This document shows positions 1 to 8,903 of a DNA stretch of 64,000 bases, in pieces. Below the pieces are notes generated by a model. That model was not told where the DNA came from and searched no databases. It worked only from the letters and a program-made list of their open reading frames with translations. Both the position numbers and the translations under genes were made by a program. The DNA is from a virus: the IMG/VR virus record IMGVR_UViG_3300042350_001802, positions 1 to 64,000 of that record. One strand, given 5' to 3'. How positions within the stretch are numbered: the stretch's first letter is position 1; each line of letters begins with the position of its first letter.

Positions 1-56
1 TTTACATAAGCTTACATACCCCCTCAACATCTTCTGTAAGCTGCCTAAGCAAAAGT

Positions 57-82
57 AAGGGTCCCACAATCGGGACCCTTTT
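57..82. terminator. Intrinsic terminator, probably bidirectional, after ung
   Basis: AAGGGTCCC-ACAATC-GGGACCCTT hairpin flanked by A and T runs. Confidence 0.7.
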
Positions 83-88
83 CCTTTA

Positions 89-817
89 CTACCAAGATAT
101 ACCACCAAGATTCTTAGATGCTAACCATGTATTAATATCATTAAATACATGACCACCATCCCAGTCTTTATCTTTTTTATACGCTGCAGATGCAGGATGT
201 GATACAGATATAATTGGATGTTGATATGCAGAAGCTCCCAGTATAGGACTTTCTATATACTCTCTGAATGTTTCTGCTTGTTTACCTAACAGAACAAATA
301 GTACATCATCTTTCTTTGCTCTTATCTGATCTATAACAAATATCAGGAAATCTTTCCAAATTCCATAGTGTGTACCTGGTTTATTCATCTGCACAGTGAG
401 TGCTGAATTAAGGAGTAAGACACCCTGATTAGCCCAACGTGTAAGATCGGGATCTTGTTCATGTGATCCTAATGCATTAAACATATACTTTAAACTGGGT
501 TGTGCTTTACCTGTAAGTCCACAGGAAAACGCAATACCATCTGCTACACCAGGAGTGAAATAGGGGTCTTGTCCTATCATTACCACCTTAGTTTTACTCC
601 AAGCACACTGTTCAAATGCTCTAAACACATATTTTAACCCAGGAGTGAATCTCCTATCCATTGTAACTTCGTTATACAATCTTTGTATAACTTGTTCAAA
701 ATCAGAGCTATTGAGGAATAGCTTTAATACATCCCCCCATCCTGATTCTTGTAGTTTTGCTATAAGTTTTGTTTTGGTATCTTGTATAATACCTGTTTTT
801 TCTTCAGTTGTTGTCAT
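89..817 (-). CDS. ung: Uracil-DNA glycosylase, family 1
   Basis: Motifs VVMIGQDPY, ADGIAFS, GVLLLNSALTV, SHPAS; start moved to ATG 817 (MTTTEEK) to avoid overlapping the + strand ORF. Confidence 0.95.
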   Translation of the reverse strand: MTTTEEKTGIIQDTKTKLIAKLQESGWGDVLKLFLNSSDFEQVIQRLYNEVTMDRRFTPGLKYVFRAFEQCAWSKTKVVMIGQDPYFTPGVADGIAFSCGLTGKAQPSLKYMFNALGSHEQDPDLTRWANQGVLLLNSALTVQMNKPGTHYGIWKDFLIFVIDQIRAKKDDVLFVLLGKQAETFREYIESPILGASAYQHPIISVSHPASAAYKKDKDWDGGHVFNDINTWLASKNLGGISW

Positions 818-848
818 AAGTTTGTATATTTGATGTAACAAATATTGT

Positions 849-1166
849 ATGGAAAAGTTACAGATTGAAAGAATAAAGAATGAAGGAATCATAGATATAA
901 AACTAAGTGGTAGTTTTTATAAAAGAATCCAGCACGTTTTAAACTTTATAGCTTCTGTAGAAGATAAAGATTCTCTTACAGATCTTATCGATAAATTAAA
1001 TGATGAAGTTTCTGATGAGAATTTTTCAGAATGGGAGACCGTTGTAGAAACAATGATGATCTTGTGTTCTGAAATAGAAACAAAAGCTAAAGAGCAAGGA
1101 CATACAGAGATGGTAGATATAGAAGTTACACCTACCACCACTGATGCTCCTCCTGCTAACCTATAG
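849..1166 (+). CDS. Acidic hypothetical protein; lone + strand gene in the left arm
   Basis: 105 aa ORF preceded by TTGTATATTTG (822-832). Confidence 0.7.
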   Translation: MEKLQIERIKNEGIIDIKLSGSFYKRIQHVLNFIASVEDKDSLTDLIDKLNDEVSDENFSEWETVVETMMILCSEIETKAKEQGHTEMVDIEVTPTTTDAPPANL

Positions 1167-1554
1167 GATAATCAATCGCTTGACCTATAGATACAATAGT
1201 CTCTATTACAAGAGATAGTTCTTCCTTACTGCATTTACCAAAGCTTTTACAATAGAGAAAGGTTTCTCCCTCTATTTCTTTTTCAATACATATGCCAGCT
1301 CTGCGTTTAACTATCAGTTTCATATCTTCAAAAGTTTCTCCAATATGTTGCGATAGTTCTCTAATCATCGCGTGAATCTTTGCAAGCTGTGCAAGACTAC
1401 CATCATCGCTTTGAACTTCCATATAAACTTCTAGCTTATAACCTTCAGGTAGGTTATTTATAAAAGCTTCATACTTTATTTTATCAGCAGCTGTTACATA
1501 ATCAATTTGACCATTCTTTTTTTCTAATATGGTCATTAACGTATTCTTTCTCAT
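1156..1554 (-). CDS. NinB-like recombination accessory protein (tentative)
   Basis: QLAKIHAMIRELSQHIG...KSFGKCSKEELSLVIE resembles the NinB/DUF1367 pattern. Confidence 0.5.
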   Translation of the reverse strand: MRKNTLMTILEKKNGQIDYVTAADKIKYEAFINNLPEGYKLEVYMEVQSDDGSLAQLAKIHAMIRELSQHIGETFEDMKLIVKRRAGICIEKEIEGETFLYCKSFGKCSKEELSLVIETIVSIGQAIDYPIG

Positions 1555-2672
1555 AAGTTTAAAATTTTTTCACCTTGTTTAACCCAGGTTATTTTAGAGC
1601 TATCAAAATCCTTGAGAGCTTCTGTAATCCATTTCTCATCAACTGTACCTTTATAGCACAGGATGTGAATAGTAGCACACTCATCTGGATTTAAACGTAG
1701 TAGTCGTCCTATTCTTTGCGAACTCTTGCGTTCATTACCGTAAGCGTGCATAATAATACCTTCTTTTAGTCCTTTTATATTTACACCCTCATTTAACTGC
1801 AGTACACAGGATAGCTTAGTTATTCTACCAGCAGAGAATGCTTGTAGGTTTTCTTCACTATCAGGATTTGCAGAGTCATAAGTAATAGGACATATCCTAC
1901 GAGCTTGAGCTATCGTATTAGCAAACAGAATACATTTTTCTTCTGAACTATCTAATAGTTTTTTAGCATATACCTCTTTACTAAGATAATCCATCATAGA
2001 CTTCATACGAAGAACACTAGTTATTTGCTTAGCTTTTTGTGTCTTAGCACCAGCTATTCTTCTTGTCCAATACTCATACGAATCAAACTCTGATGTCCAC
2101 CAACTTTTACCTTTACTTTCAATCTTAAGATTTTTTCTAGCATCAAGATATAGTTCGTGTACTACTATCTTATAGTCATTAAGAATTTGATCCTCTACAG
2201 CGTAGTCAGTCATATACTTATATACAATAGGACAGAATCTATTTACCATACGTCCTTTCTCTGAATCTCTCCATCGTGGAGGCGTACCAGTAAGTCCTAG
2301 TATATATCCGTTATATTCTTCTAAAAAGGTTTCGTGAGAATGTAATAAGCTATGACATTCATCCAATACAATATATGTATACTCTTTTGGATCTTTTTTG
2401 TTTAAAGATACATACGTAGTATATTCAATACGTTTCATTAGTGATTTAGAAATATGAAATCTTTCTGCATCTTGTTTCCAAGATTCAAAAATGCTCAACT
2501 TTGGTGCTACCACTAATATCTTATGTATCTTCTCTGTTATCTTATGATAGTGTTCAAGGTATTTTAAACCTATAAGAGTTTTACCAACCCCCATAGATAT
2601 CCCTAATCCACATCTTTTATATTTAAGTGCTTCTGCAAGTGCTTCAGCTTGTACTTCATCTCTTTTACTCAT
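1551..2672 (-). CDS. Superfamily 2 (DExH, ResIII/UvsW-like) helicase
   Basis: GVGKT Walker A, DECH, GLTGTP, EGVNI, QRIGR motifs. Confidence 0.9.
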   Translation of the reverse strand: MSKRDEVQAEALAEALKYKRCGLGISMGVGKTLIGLKYLEHYHKITEKIHKILVVAPKLSIFESWKQDAERFHISKSLMKRIEYTTYVSLNKKDPKEYTYIVLDECHSLLHSHETFLEEYNGYILGLTGTPPRWRDSEKGRMVNRFCPIVYKYMTDYAVEDQILNDYKIVVHELYLDARKNLKIESKGKSWWTSEFDSYEYWTRRIAGAKTQKAKQITSVLRMKSMMDYLSKEVYAKKLLDSSEEKCILFANTIAQARRICPITYDSANPDSEENLQAFSAGRITKLSCVLQLNEGVNIKGLKEGIIMHAYGNERKSSQRIGRLLRLNPDECATIHILCYKGTVDEKWITEALKDFDSSKITWVKQGEKILNL

Positions 2673-3084
2673 TTTTAATGTTTAATCGTGATTCAGATAG
2701 TCCTAGTTCTTTTGCTTCAATAGGATGGAGTTCTATCCATCTATGACAACTATTGCAAGCAGCTAACCAGGTTGAAATGTTTAGATAATCATCACCCACT
2801 CTACCACGCTTATGATGTACTTCAGTTGCCACCTTTGTACAACTAGGTAAATTAGCTTGACAAAACTTATTTAAAGCAAGAAATGCCAATCTACGTTTAT
2901 CGTAGACTGACATTTCCTTCTTTCTTTTATCACTCACCTTTTTTACAGGTGTGCGTTGTTTTGGTTTTTCTGGAGGATTAATACTATACCAGCATTCTTT
3001 ACAATACTTCTGCTTCCCTTCGCTTTTCCAGATATATTTCATCTGATTGCATTGAGCGCATTTCTTGAGTTTTGATTGGATCAT
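2665..3084 (-). CDS. Zn-finger HNH-type nuclease (NinG/Ref-like)
   Basis: CxxC pairs, EVHHKRGR, ACNSCH. Confidence 0.7.
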   Translation of the reverse strand: MIQSKLKKCAQCNQMKYIWKSEGKQKYCKECWYSINPPEKPKQRTPVKKVSDKRKKEMSVYDKRRLAFLALNKFCQANLPSCTKVATEVHHKRGRVGDDYLNISTWLAACNSCHRWIELHPIEAKELGLSESRLNIKNE

Positions 3085-3274
3085 ATTCTATTGATGATTC
3101 TATTAACATACCGCCAATAGCGGGTCTACCCATAATATCTACAGGTCCTTTAATCATATTAGCAATTACACTTCCTCTTTTTAAAAGGTCTTCAAGTAAT
3201 GCTCTCTCTGTTGTTGTTTGTGGTAGTAATACCAATTTTGTTTCTTGATTGATTGTAACAAAAATTGTTTCCAT
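2999..3274 (-). CDS. Hypothetical protein
   Basis: 91 aa ORF in a tightly packed operon; 3' end overlaps the next gene. Confidence 0.55.
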   Translation of the reverse strand: METIFVTINQETKLVLLPQTTTERALLEDLLKRGSVIANMIKGPVDIMGRPAIGGMLIESSIEYDPIKTQEMRSMQSDEIYLEKRREAEVL

Positions 3275-3275
3275 T

Positions 3276-3584
3276 TTAGTAATTGTGGCTTGGAAAGATT
3301 ATCTCCACTTCTTCAGCAAGTTCCGGTTGTACATCTTTGATAATTTCGTAAACCGGTTTTAGTTTATCGTGTATGGATTTCATATATAGATAATGATTAC
3401 TCTGTAGCATTTCATCAAGTACTTTTTCAGGTACTTCTGTTTCTACATTAATAATACCGTGTTTAGTGGGTATTTTTTGATCCACTTTATGGTCTTCATA
3501 CACTCTTTCATACTGTTCTTTAATAGTCTTTGCTGTAAAGAATAAAAAGATGATCTCTTGATTAGTTAAATTAAGTTGAGTCAT
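3276..3584 (-). CDS. Hypothetical protein
   Basis: 102 aa ORF, ATGA overlap with the upstream gene. Confidence 0.75.
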   Translation of the reverse strand: MTQLNLTNQEIIFLFFTAKTIKEQYERVYEDHKVDQKIPTKHGIINVETEVPEKVLDEMLQSNHYLYMKSIHDKLKPVYEIIKDVQPELAEEVEIIFPSHNY

Positions 3585-4126
3585 TGTTTGGGGAACAGAC
3601 CTTTTAGACGCAGATATTCTACAATCTCCTGTTCGGACACTAAGGTACGAATATCTGTTCTACTAACATCAGTTCCAACTGGATTTTCTTTGCAGACATC
3701 AACAAACTGCTTCATAAATTTTGAATGAGGGAATAGTTTTAACAGCAGGTTGTCTAGTCTTGTGCTAATGATTTCTTTCTTCCAGTTATATAGCACTTTC
3801 TCCACCTTTCTTGCTACGTCTAGAATATAATACTGACGTATTAAAGGCATTTCCTTTATCTGCTTATCTGTATATCTGTGTTTAGAATACAAAATGTCAT
3901 TAAGGATTCTCCTGTGCGTAGGTGATAAAAAGTCATCTTTACTGGATAGAGCTCTTTGTCCTTTGTACACCTTGCCAAATAGAACAACTTCTTTTGTAGG
4001 TGTTTGATTTTCAAGCTTATAAACGTAATGCTTGTTTGTGTCTGTATAAACAACAGACATCTTGTTAGCTTCAACGCTAATTGTTTTGAATTGGTTAGAG
4101 GGTTTTTTGGGTTTCTTCCTTGTCAT
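3581..4126 (-). CDS. Basic hypothetical protein
   Basis: 181 aa ORF. Confidence 0.75.
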   Translation of the reverse strand: MTRKKPKKPSNQFKTISVEANKMSVVYTDTNKHYVYKLENQTPTKEVVLFGKVYKGQRALSSKDDFLSPTHRRILNDILYSKHRYTDKQIKEMPLIRQYYILDVARKVEKVLYNWKKEIISTRLDNLLLKLFPHSKFMKQFVDVCKENPVGTDVSRTDIRTLVSEQEIVEYLRLKGLFPKQ

Positions 4127-4153
4127 GTGACATTGATTTAAGGGTTTATAAAT

Positions 4154-4187
4154 AAAAAAGGGGATAGAAATCCTATCCCCTCTTTTT
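4154..4187. terminator. Intrinsic terminator
   Basis: A-run, GGGGATAG-AAATC-CTATCCCC, T-run. Confidence 0.65.
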
Positions 4188-4221
4188 AGAGTTGGTGTGT
4201 AAATACTTGATTTACTATATA

Positions 4222-4473
4222 TTATTCTTCGTCAGGTGTGTAATCAATATCAGGTTTAACAGCATCTTCTACAATCTTATCCACTGGAGGAACAAAGTTA
4301 TCTTCTGAATCAAATCTGGTAGCTTTACCTTCTAATATAGATCCAAAGAATGGATCTTCAATAGGTTCACCATAATTGATGGACAGCAAAAACTCAAATT
4401 CCTCATCATCCATTTCAAGATACTGCTCTACAGATATTTCAATTACCTTACCATTTGGTAGACTGTACAGCAT
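4222..4473 (-). CDS. Acidic hypothetical protein
   Basis: 83 aa ORF; TAAATTCG -7-like element upstream at 4498-4491. Confidence 0.75.
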   Translation of the reverse strand: MLYSLPNGKVIEISVEQYLEMDDEEFEFLLSINYGEPIEDPFFGSILEGKATRFDSEDNFVPPVDKIVEDAVKPDIDYTPDEE

Positions 4474-4552
4474 TACTATTAATTTCTATACGAATTTAAT
4501 AGATAACTGTCACATTTCCAATAGCTTACGCTAACAATTCAGCAGTATACAG

Positions 4553-4708
4553 CTATACCTTCTTTTTTTTCAGGTCTCTTACCACTCCTTTCCAGTAAGC
4601 GTTGGTTTTGTTAATAGCTAACTGACGCTCTTCAAGCTTTCTTTTAAGCTCTTCATTCTCGCGTTCAAGTCTATCAATTCCTAGCAGCTTCTTAAATAGC
4701 TTCAGCAT
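4553..4708 (-). CDS. Small coiled-coil protein (51 aa, below the track cutoff)
   Basis: Hand translation MLKLFKKLLGIDRLERENEELKRKLEERQ...KKKKV*. Confidence 0.65.
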   Translation of the reverse strand: MLKLFKKLLGIDRLERENEELKRKLEERQLAINKTNAYWKGVVRDLKKKKV

Positions 4709-4723
4709 ATACTCTTATTTTAA

Positions 4724-5254
4724 TTAATCAATTAATCCATTTATAAACTTGTGATATAGATTTGTAAATCTACCAGCAGTTTTTTGGGATTCTCCTTTGT
4801 CTTTAACTCTATCTGATTCGGTCAATTCTACTGTTGATTTAAGATCACCATTCTCATCCACCTCATATGGATGGCGTGTGATATTATATACAATTACATC
4901 ATCGCCTTCTTCAGTACTTATATTGATAATAACAACTTCCTCTTTACTCTCTTGTTGTTTTTCTTTGTTGAATATTCTCATCCAAGCTTCTGCTACAAAA
5001 GAAATACATATAGGACTAATATTGTGCTTTTTTATCTTTTTGCATATTACTGGAATACCTTCTGACATAAAGAACTCTTTATCTTCTTCTCCTTTAAAAT
5101 CTGTTTCAATATGAACTATTGCAAGTTGGTCTACATCTTCTTTTATTCCCATAATTTGTATATAAGCACTTATATTTCCTGTTTTATTTATTTCTCTTCG
5201 GATATTTTCGATTAGTTCTTCTTTATAGTTTTGTATAATTAGATCATATTTCAT
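4724..5254 (-). CDS. Hypothetical protein
   Basis: 176 aa ORF with FVAEAWM motif. Confidence 0.75.
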   Translation of the reverse strand: MKYDLIIQNYKEELIENIRREINKTGNISAYIQIMGIKEDVDQLAIVHIETDFKGEEDKEFFMSEGIPVICKKIKKHNISPICISFVAEAWMRIFNKEKQQESKEEVVIINISTEEGDDVIVYNITRHPYEVDENGDLKSTVELTESDRVKDKGESQKTAGRFTNLYHKFINGLID

Positions 5255-5577
5255 ATATGTACTGTTTCGTAATCAGTAATAATCTCTATTTGTCCCTTAT
5301 AGAGTCCTGTACCTAATGTATTTAAATATGATAGTAGGATGTATAGTTCTGATACAACATCATACCCCATTTCTTTGGAATTTACATTAGTTATTTTATA
5401 ACCGCTTCCGGTATCTTCAGCAGATATTGCTGTTTGTGCTTTTGCGTGATCAGTCCATCCTATACCAGATCTAATAAGATGATATACAGGATTACCTGTT
5501 TTTTCATTCTCTGCTTCTATAATAGTATAGTCTTCGACACAATCACCACCGTATGTATCATAAACTCTTACTTTCAT
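5251..5577 (-). CDS. Hypothetical protein
   Basis: 108 aa ORF, ATGA-coupled. Confidence 0.75.
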   Translation of the reverse strand: MKVRVYDTYGGDCVEDYTIIEAENEKTGNPVYHLIRSGIGWTDHAKAQTAISAEDTGSGYKITNVNSKEMGYDVVSELYILLSYLNTLGTGLYKGQIEIITDYETVHI

Positions 5578-5729
5578 AAGTCTCTGGTCTTATCAAGTTT
5601 ACCGAATACACCTTCACACATTTCATCAAAGTAGTCAGCGTTCCATACAAGAAGACTTGTAATAGCTGCCCATAAAATAATAGGAATTGATAACATCACT
5701 CCTACCCAGTAGTAAATAAACTTTAACAT
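5574..5729 (-). CDS. Small membrane protein (51 aa)
   Basis: MLKFIYYWVGVMLSIPIILWAAITSLLVW...; TGA overlaps the next ATG. Confidence 0.6.
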   Translation of the reverse strand: MLKFIYYWVGVMLSIPIILWAAITSLLVWNADYFDEMCEGVFGKLDKTRDL

Positions 5730-5807
5730 AGTTTAGTTTTTAGATTTAAAAAATGTCCCCAGTGTAGAAACACCGGGGTTGATTGCTTGTCATATGAAAA
5801 AAAACAG

Positions 5808-6162
5808 TGGAGGTGACGGGAATCGAACCCGTGTCCAACTAAGAACCTGTACATACAACGTCTCACATGCTTAGATCTGCAAGCTGATCAGTATAGGGAA
5901 CCAAGAGGTCGCATCCACCACCTAGTTTTATGACTACTAGGAAAACTGCTTGTCAGTTTCTGTTGCCAGGTATGACTACCCCGTAGGTTAGGCAGCTACT
6001 GCTACTTCACCGAAGATAGAAGCAAGGATTGCTTCACCTTCTGCTACACGCTCAGACTGAGTCATTGCGTTTATTAGTTGATTCCGAGATTAAAGTGGTT
6101 GGAGAACCATCCCACTGCATGTGTACATACCGACTGCATAGCTGTCAAATCCATGCACCCCC
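5808..6162 (-). ncRNA. ssrA: tmRNA, phage encoded
   Basis: 5' GGGGGTGCATGGATTTGACAG and 3' GGACACGGGTTCGATTCCCGTCACCTCCA form an acceptor stem with G3:U70; helix 2 CACATGC/GCATGTG; tag frame 6068-5988 after ATAAAC: AMTQSERVAEGEAILASIFGEVAVAA*. Confidence 0.95.
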
Positions 6163-6167
6163 AAGAA

Positions 6168-6353
6168 TTATTCTGAATCAGCGTCTTGCTCGTCAAACAT
6201 TTCCATAATGTTATCCAGCTGATCATTAAACTCTCTGACAATTTCTTCTTCATCTACATGTATAATACGTGGTTTTTTATTATCCGCGTCATCAATGTAG
6301 TAATATACTGGAACCTTAATGTTTAGGTTCTTTATAAGTTTAGCCTTCGTCAT
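6168..6353 (-). CDS. Hypothetical protein
   Basis: 61 aa ORF. Confidence 0.65.
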   Translation of the reverse strand: MTKAKLIKNLNIKVPVYYYIDDADNKKPRIIHVDEEEIVREFNDQLDNIMEMFDEQDADSE

Positions 6354-6549
6354 CTGATATAGTTATTTCAAGTGTGACTTCTTTAAATAAATCCCAAGGC
6401 ATACTCTCATCTTGTAAGAGATCTTTAGCAGTTTGTTTAGTAAATGTCATAGGATAGAGCTGTGGTATTAAAGATGTGGTGTATGAACCGTCATCTGTAA
6501 AATGTACAAACTCATCCGTAATGATATACTGTAATGCTTTTAGTTTCAT
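6340..6549 (-). CDS. Hypothetical protein
   Basis: 69 aa ORF. Confidence 0.65.
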   Translation of the reverse strand: MKLKALQYIITDEFVHFTDDGSYTTSLIPQLYPMTFTKQTAKDLLQDESMPWDLFKEVTLEITISDDEG

Positions 6550-6701
6550 TTGTCAATTAAAATTAGTTCAAGACCACGATTAAACCAAAGAATTTCTATA
6601 GAAAGATTACATAGTTCTTCTTCGTATGTTCTTTCATGCCATATACGTAGTGCAGGAAGAATATAGAATGTACTGTGTAACTCACTGATTTGCAGTCTCA
6701 T
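6546..6701 (-). CDS. Small hypothetical protein (51 aa)
   Basis: MRLQISELHSTFYILPALRIW...; fills the gap with an ATGA overlap. Confidence 0.55.
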   Translation of the reverse strand: MRLQISELHSTFYILPALRIWHERTYEEELCNLSIEILWFNRGLELILIDK

Positions 6702-6704
6702 ATG

Positions 6705-6986
6705 TTAATATTTACCTCTACCTCTACGATACGTTTCTAAATCGTCCATTTGTGTTTTTGCACGGGATTTTGACTTGATGGACTTTACAAAGTCTTCCCC
6801 TTTTCCTATAAGTTCCACTAGTGTTTTAATATTGCTAGACTTGAGTATACCTGGAGTATTTGGATTAGACCAATACTCTTGATATTTATCTCTAGGAATA
6901 GCTGACCAGTTTTTAGTCATTGAGTTGTAGTGGAATACATAATTGTATACATTCTCTTCCATATAAATGGTTTTATTCTTCGTCAA
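6705..6986 (-). CDS. Hypothetical protein
   Basis: 93 aa ORF. Confidence 0.7.
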   Translation of the reverse strand: MTKNKTIYMEENVYNYVFHYNSMTKNWSAIPRDKYQEYWSNPNTPGILKSSNIKTLVELIGKGEDFVKSIKSKSRAKTQMDDLETYRRGRGKY

Positions 6987-7431
6987 AGATTTTAATTTCT
7001 ACGCTTTTAAGATAACCATCACTAGTGAAGTTACCATATACAGGATACATTCCATCACCTATCACAGTGGAAAATGCTACACCTGCACCAGTATGTCCCA
7101 TCTTAAACTTTAGTTCACCAAATCCATCTTCAGATAATGTATGCATAGCGCAAGCATTATAACTAAAAGGGGCTTTTGGTTCGTGCTCTTCAATAAGCAC
7201 CCACTCACCAGTGGAGTTAAGCTCGTTCATTGTCTTTCCATACTTAGGAATAACGCTTTCGTAGTTTTCAAAATCTACACGATATTGTAATCTATCACCT
7301 GTACTTTTGTGCTGATAAATACGGATGTCTTCAAAGTCTTCCTTTTGCCACTCGCTATCTATATAGCAAGGATCGCAGATTAGGAGCTGACCAGAGTCCA
7401 CTGCAGCATACCCCATTAGTAGTGTTTCCAT
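6973..7431 (-). CDS. Hypothetical protein (VDSGQ...DPCY...GDGxYPV family)
   Basis: 152 aa; VDSGQLLICDPCY and GDGMYPVY motifs. Confidence 0.7.
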   Translation of the reverse strand: METLLMGYAAVDSGQLLICDPCYIDSEWQKEDFEDIRIYQHKSTGDRLQYRVDFENYESVIPKYGKTMNELNSTGEWVLIEEHEPKAPFSYNACAMHTLSEDGFGELKFKMGHTGAGVAFSTVIGDGMYPVYGNFTSDGYLKSVEIKIFDEE

Positions 7432-7433
7432 TT

Positions 7434-7664
7434 TTATTTTTTTGGATTATTAAATGTTTCTTCGTAAACTTCTTCAAATGTTTTGAAGTCTTTTCCTCTT
7501 CCAGCGTTCCAAGCTTGCTGTCCACCCATAATAAAGAACTGTCTAAGAAGACTTCTTTCCATTATGCGTGCTTGTTCATATGTAATGTCCCAAATAGCTT
7601 TTGATTTGGGTTGCTCATCTTGAATCTCTTTGATAAGTAGTTCTACTCCTGTTTTTTCCTTCAT
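7434..7664 (-). CDS. Hypothetical protein
   Basis: 76 aa ORF. Confidence 0.7.
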   Translation of the reverse strand: MKEKTGVELLIKEIQDEQPKSKAIWDITYEQARIMERSLLRQFFIMGGQQAWNAGRGKDFKTFEEVYEETFNNPKK

Positions 7665-7820
7665 ATTATTTTTTTTAAACGTTAATGTGCGTTATAATGC
7701 ACAAAATGTGGGGTTTTTGTCCGTTATAAGGGACATTATATTGCACTTATTGTTAAAAAACTATACCTAATTCGGTATAATTCCGAATAAAGGTGCATTA
7801 TTATACACTTTTACATATAA

Positions 7821-8510
7821 TTATAGAGATAGGATATTACCAAAGGATATTAACCCCTTCTCAAACTCACCATCCTCTACACACGCAGCGTTAGAAAACA
7901 TAGTGGGTGTATTAGAAAAGTGACTAACTCCTTGATTATTAAGGTCTTTATAGTTGTGTATATGACCAAAGCACACTAGTTTAAGCGTATCTTTTAGAGC
8001 ATAACAGCGCTTCATAAGTGATAAGTCACCGCACATCTCTAGGTTATTCTGTCTATCATAGCTTAGATCACGGATACCCTTGGGAGGACCGTGTACAACA
8101 AGCACATCAGTATACTCTGGTATTTTCTGCCACACTGCGTGAGTTTTATCTCTAGCTTTCATAAATGCCCAGTCACCAAACGTTGGTGTAACAGGAGTTC
8201 CATAAAACACTACACCATCAATAGTGGCGGTAGCATTTTCTAGATAGGTGATTTCAGCTTGAGCAAAATGTGCTAGGGTAACTAAGTTCCTTTCGATAGA
8301 TGTATCGTGGTTACCTGCTACATAAATCTTATGCTTTACAGGTACAGACTGATACCATTCTACAAAGTTGAGTACCTCTTCTCTGTTTCTATATGGATCT
8401 CTCCAGTTGGAGCAGTCCCCGCTGTGTACCACCACATCAACACCATCAAACCTTTCGTCAGGTATCATATGATGGAAGCTGTGCGTGTCGCTAATGTGTA
8501 GAATTTTCAT
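7821..8510 (-). CDS. Calcineurin-like metallophosphoesterase
   Basis: ISDTH, HSGD, AGNHD, VHGPP, FGHIH; start at MKILHISD (8510). Confidence 0.92.
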   Translation of the reverse strand: MKILHISDTHSFHHMIPDERFDGVDVVVHSGDCSNWRDPYRNREEVLNFVEWYQSVPVKHKIYVAGNHDTSIERNLVTLAHFAQAEITYLENATATIDGVVFYGTPVTPTFGDWAFMKARDKTHAVWQKIPEYTDVLVVHGPPKGIRDLSYDRQNNLEMCGDLSLMKRCYALKDTLKLVCFGHIHNYKDLNNQGVSHFSNTPTMFSNAACVEDGEFEKGLISFGNILSL

Positions 8511-8729
8511 AATAATGGGTTTTAAAATAACACTCTTATCTATCCAACTTACAAGTGTCATGGCTGTCCCCTTGCAGTGATTCTGCGTAGGTTAGGAATA
8601 GACTGTTCAGAAGTTCATCATCAGGTATAGTCAACCTGCTGTTACCAAGTAACCGCCACTTACCTATACGGTTATCATACCGTTTCTCATCGTATTAGGC
8701 ATACTATCCAGTGATTAACCTGGAACGTG

Positions 8730-8807
8730 TAGTCAGGACAGGATTCGAACCTATGAAGTACCACCACGGAAAAACAATCCTTGAGAAAACAATTCCGCCA
8801 CCTGACT
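8730..8807 (-). tRNA. Degenerate tRNA-like element (pseudo-tRNA, Leu-like ends)
   Basis: Acceptor AGTCAGG/CCTGACT-A, TGGCGGAAT, T-arm ATAGG-TTCGAAT-CCTGT; no D-stem partner or anticodon arm. Confidence 0.6.
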
Positions 8808-8903
8808 ATATACCCCCATATTCATTCCTAGACCAAAACCCAATCTGATAAGTAAGTAATATAGGGGTTTGTTATGTCAGATTATAGACCTCCATAACAC
8901 GGT

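Noticed and set aside
8600-8700. Hammerhead ribozyme (CTGATGA on the minus strand)
   Set aside because: No correctly placed GAAA and stems II/III
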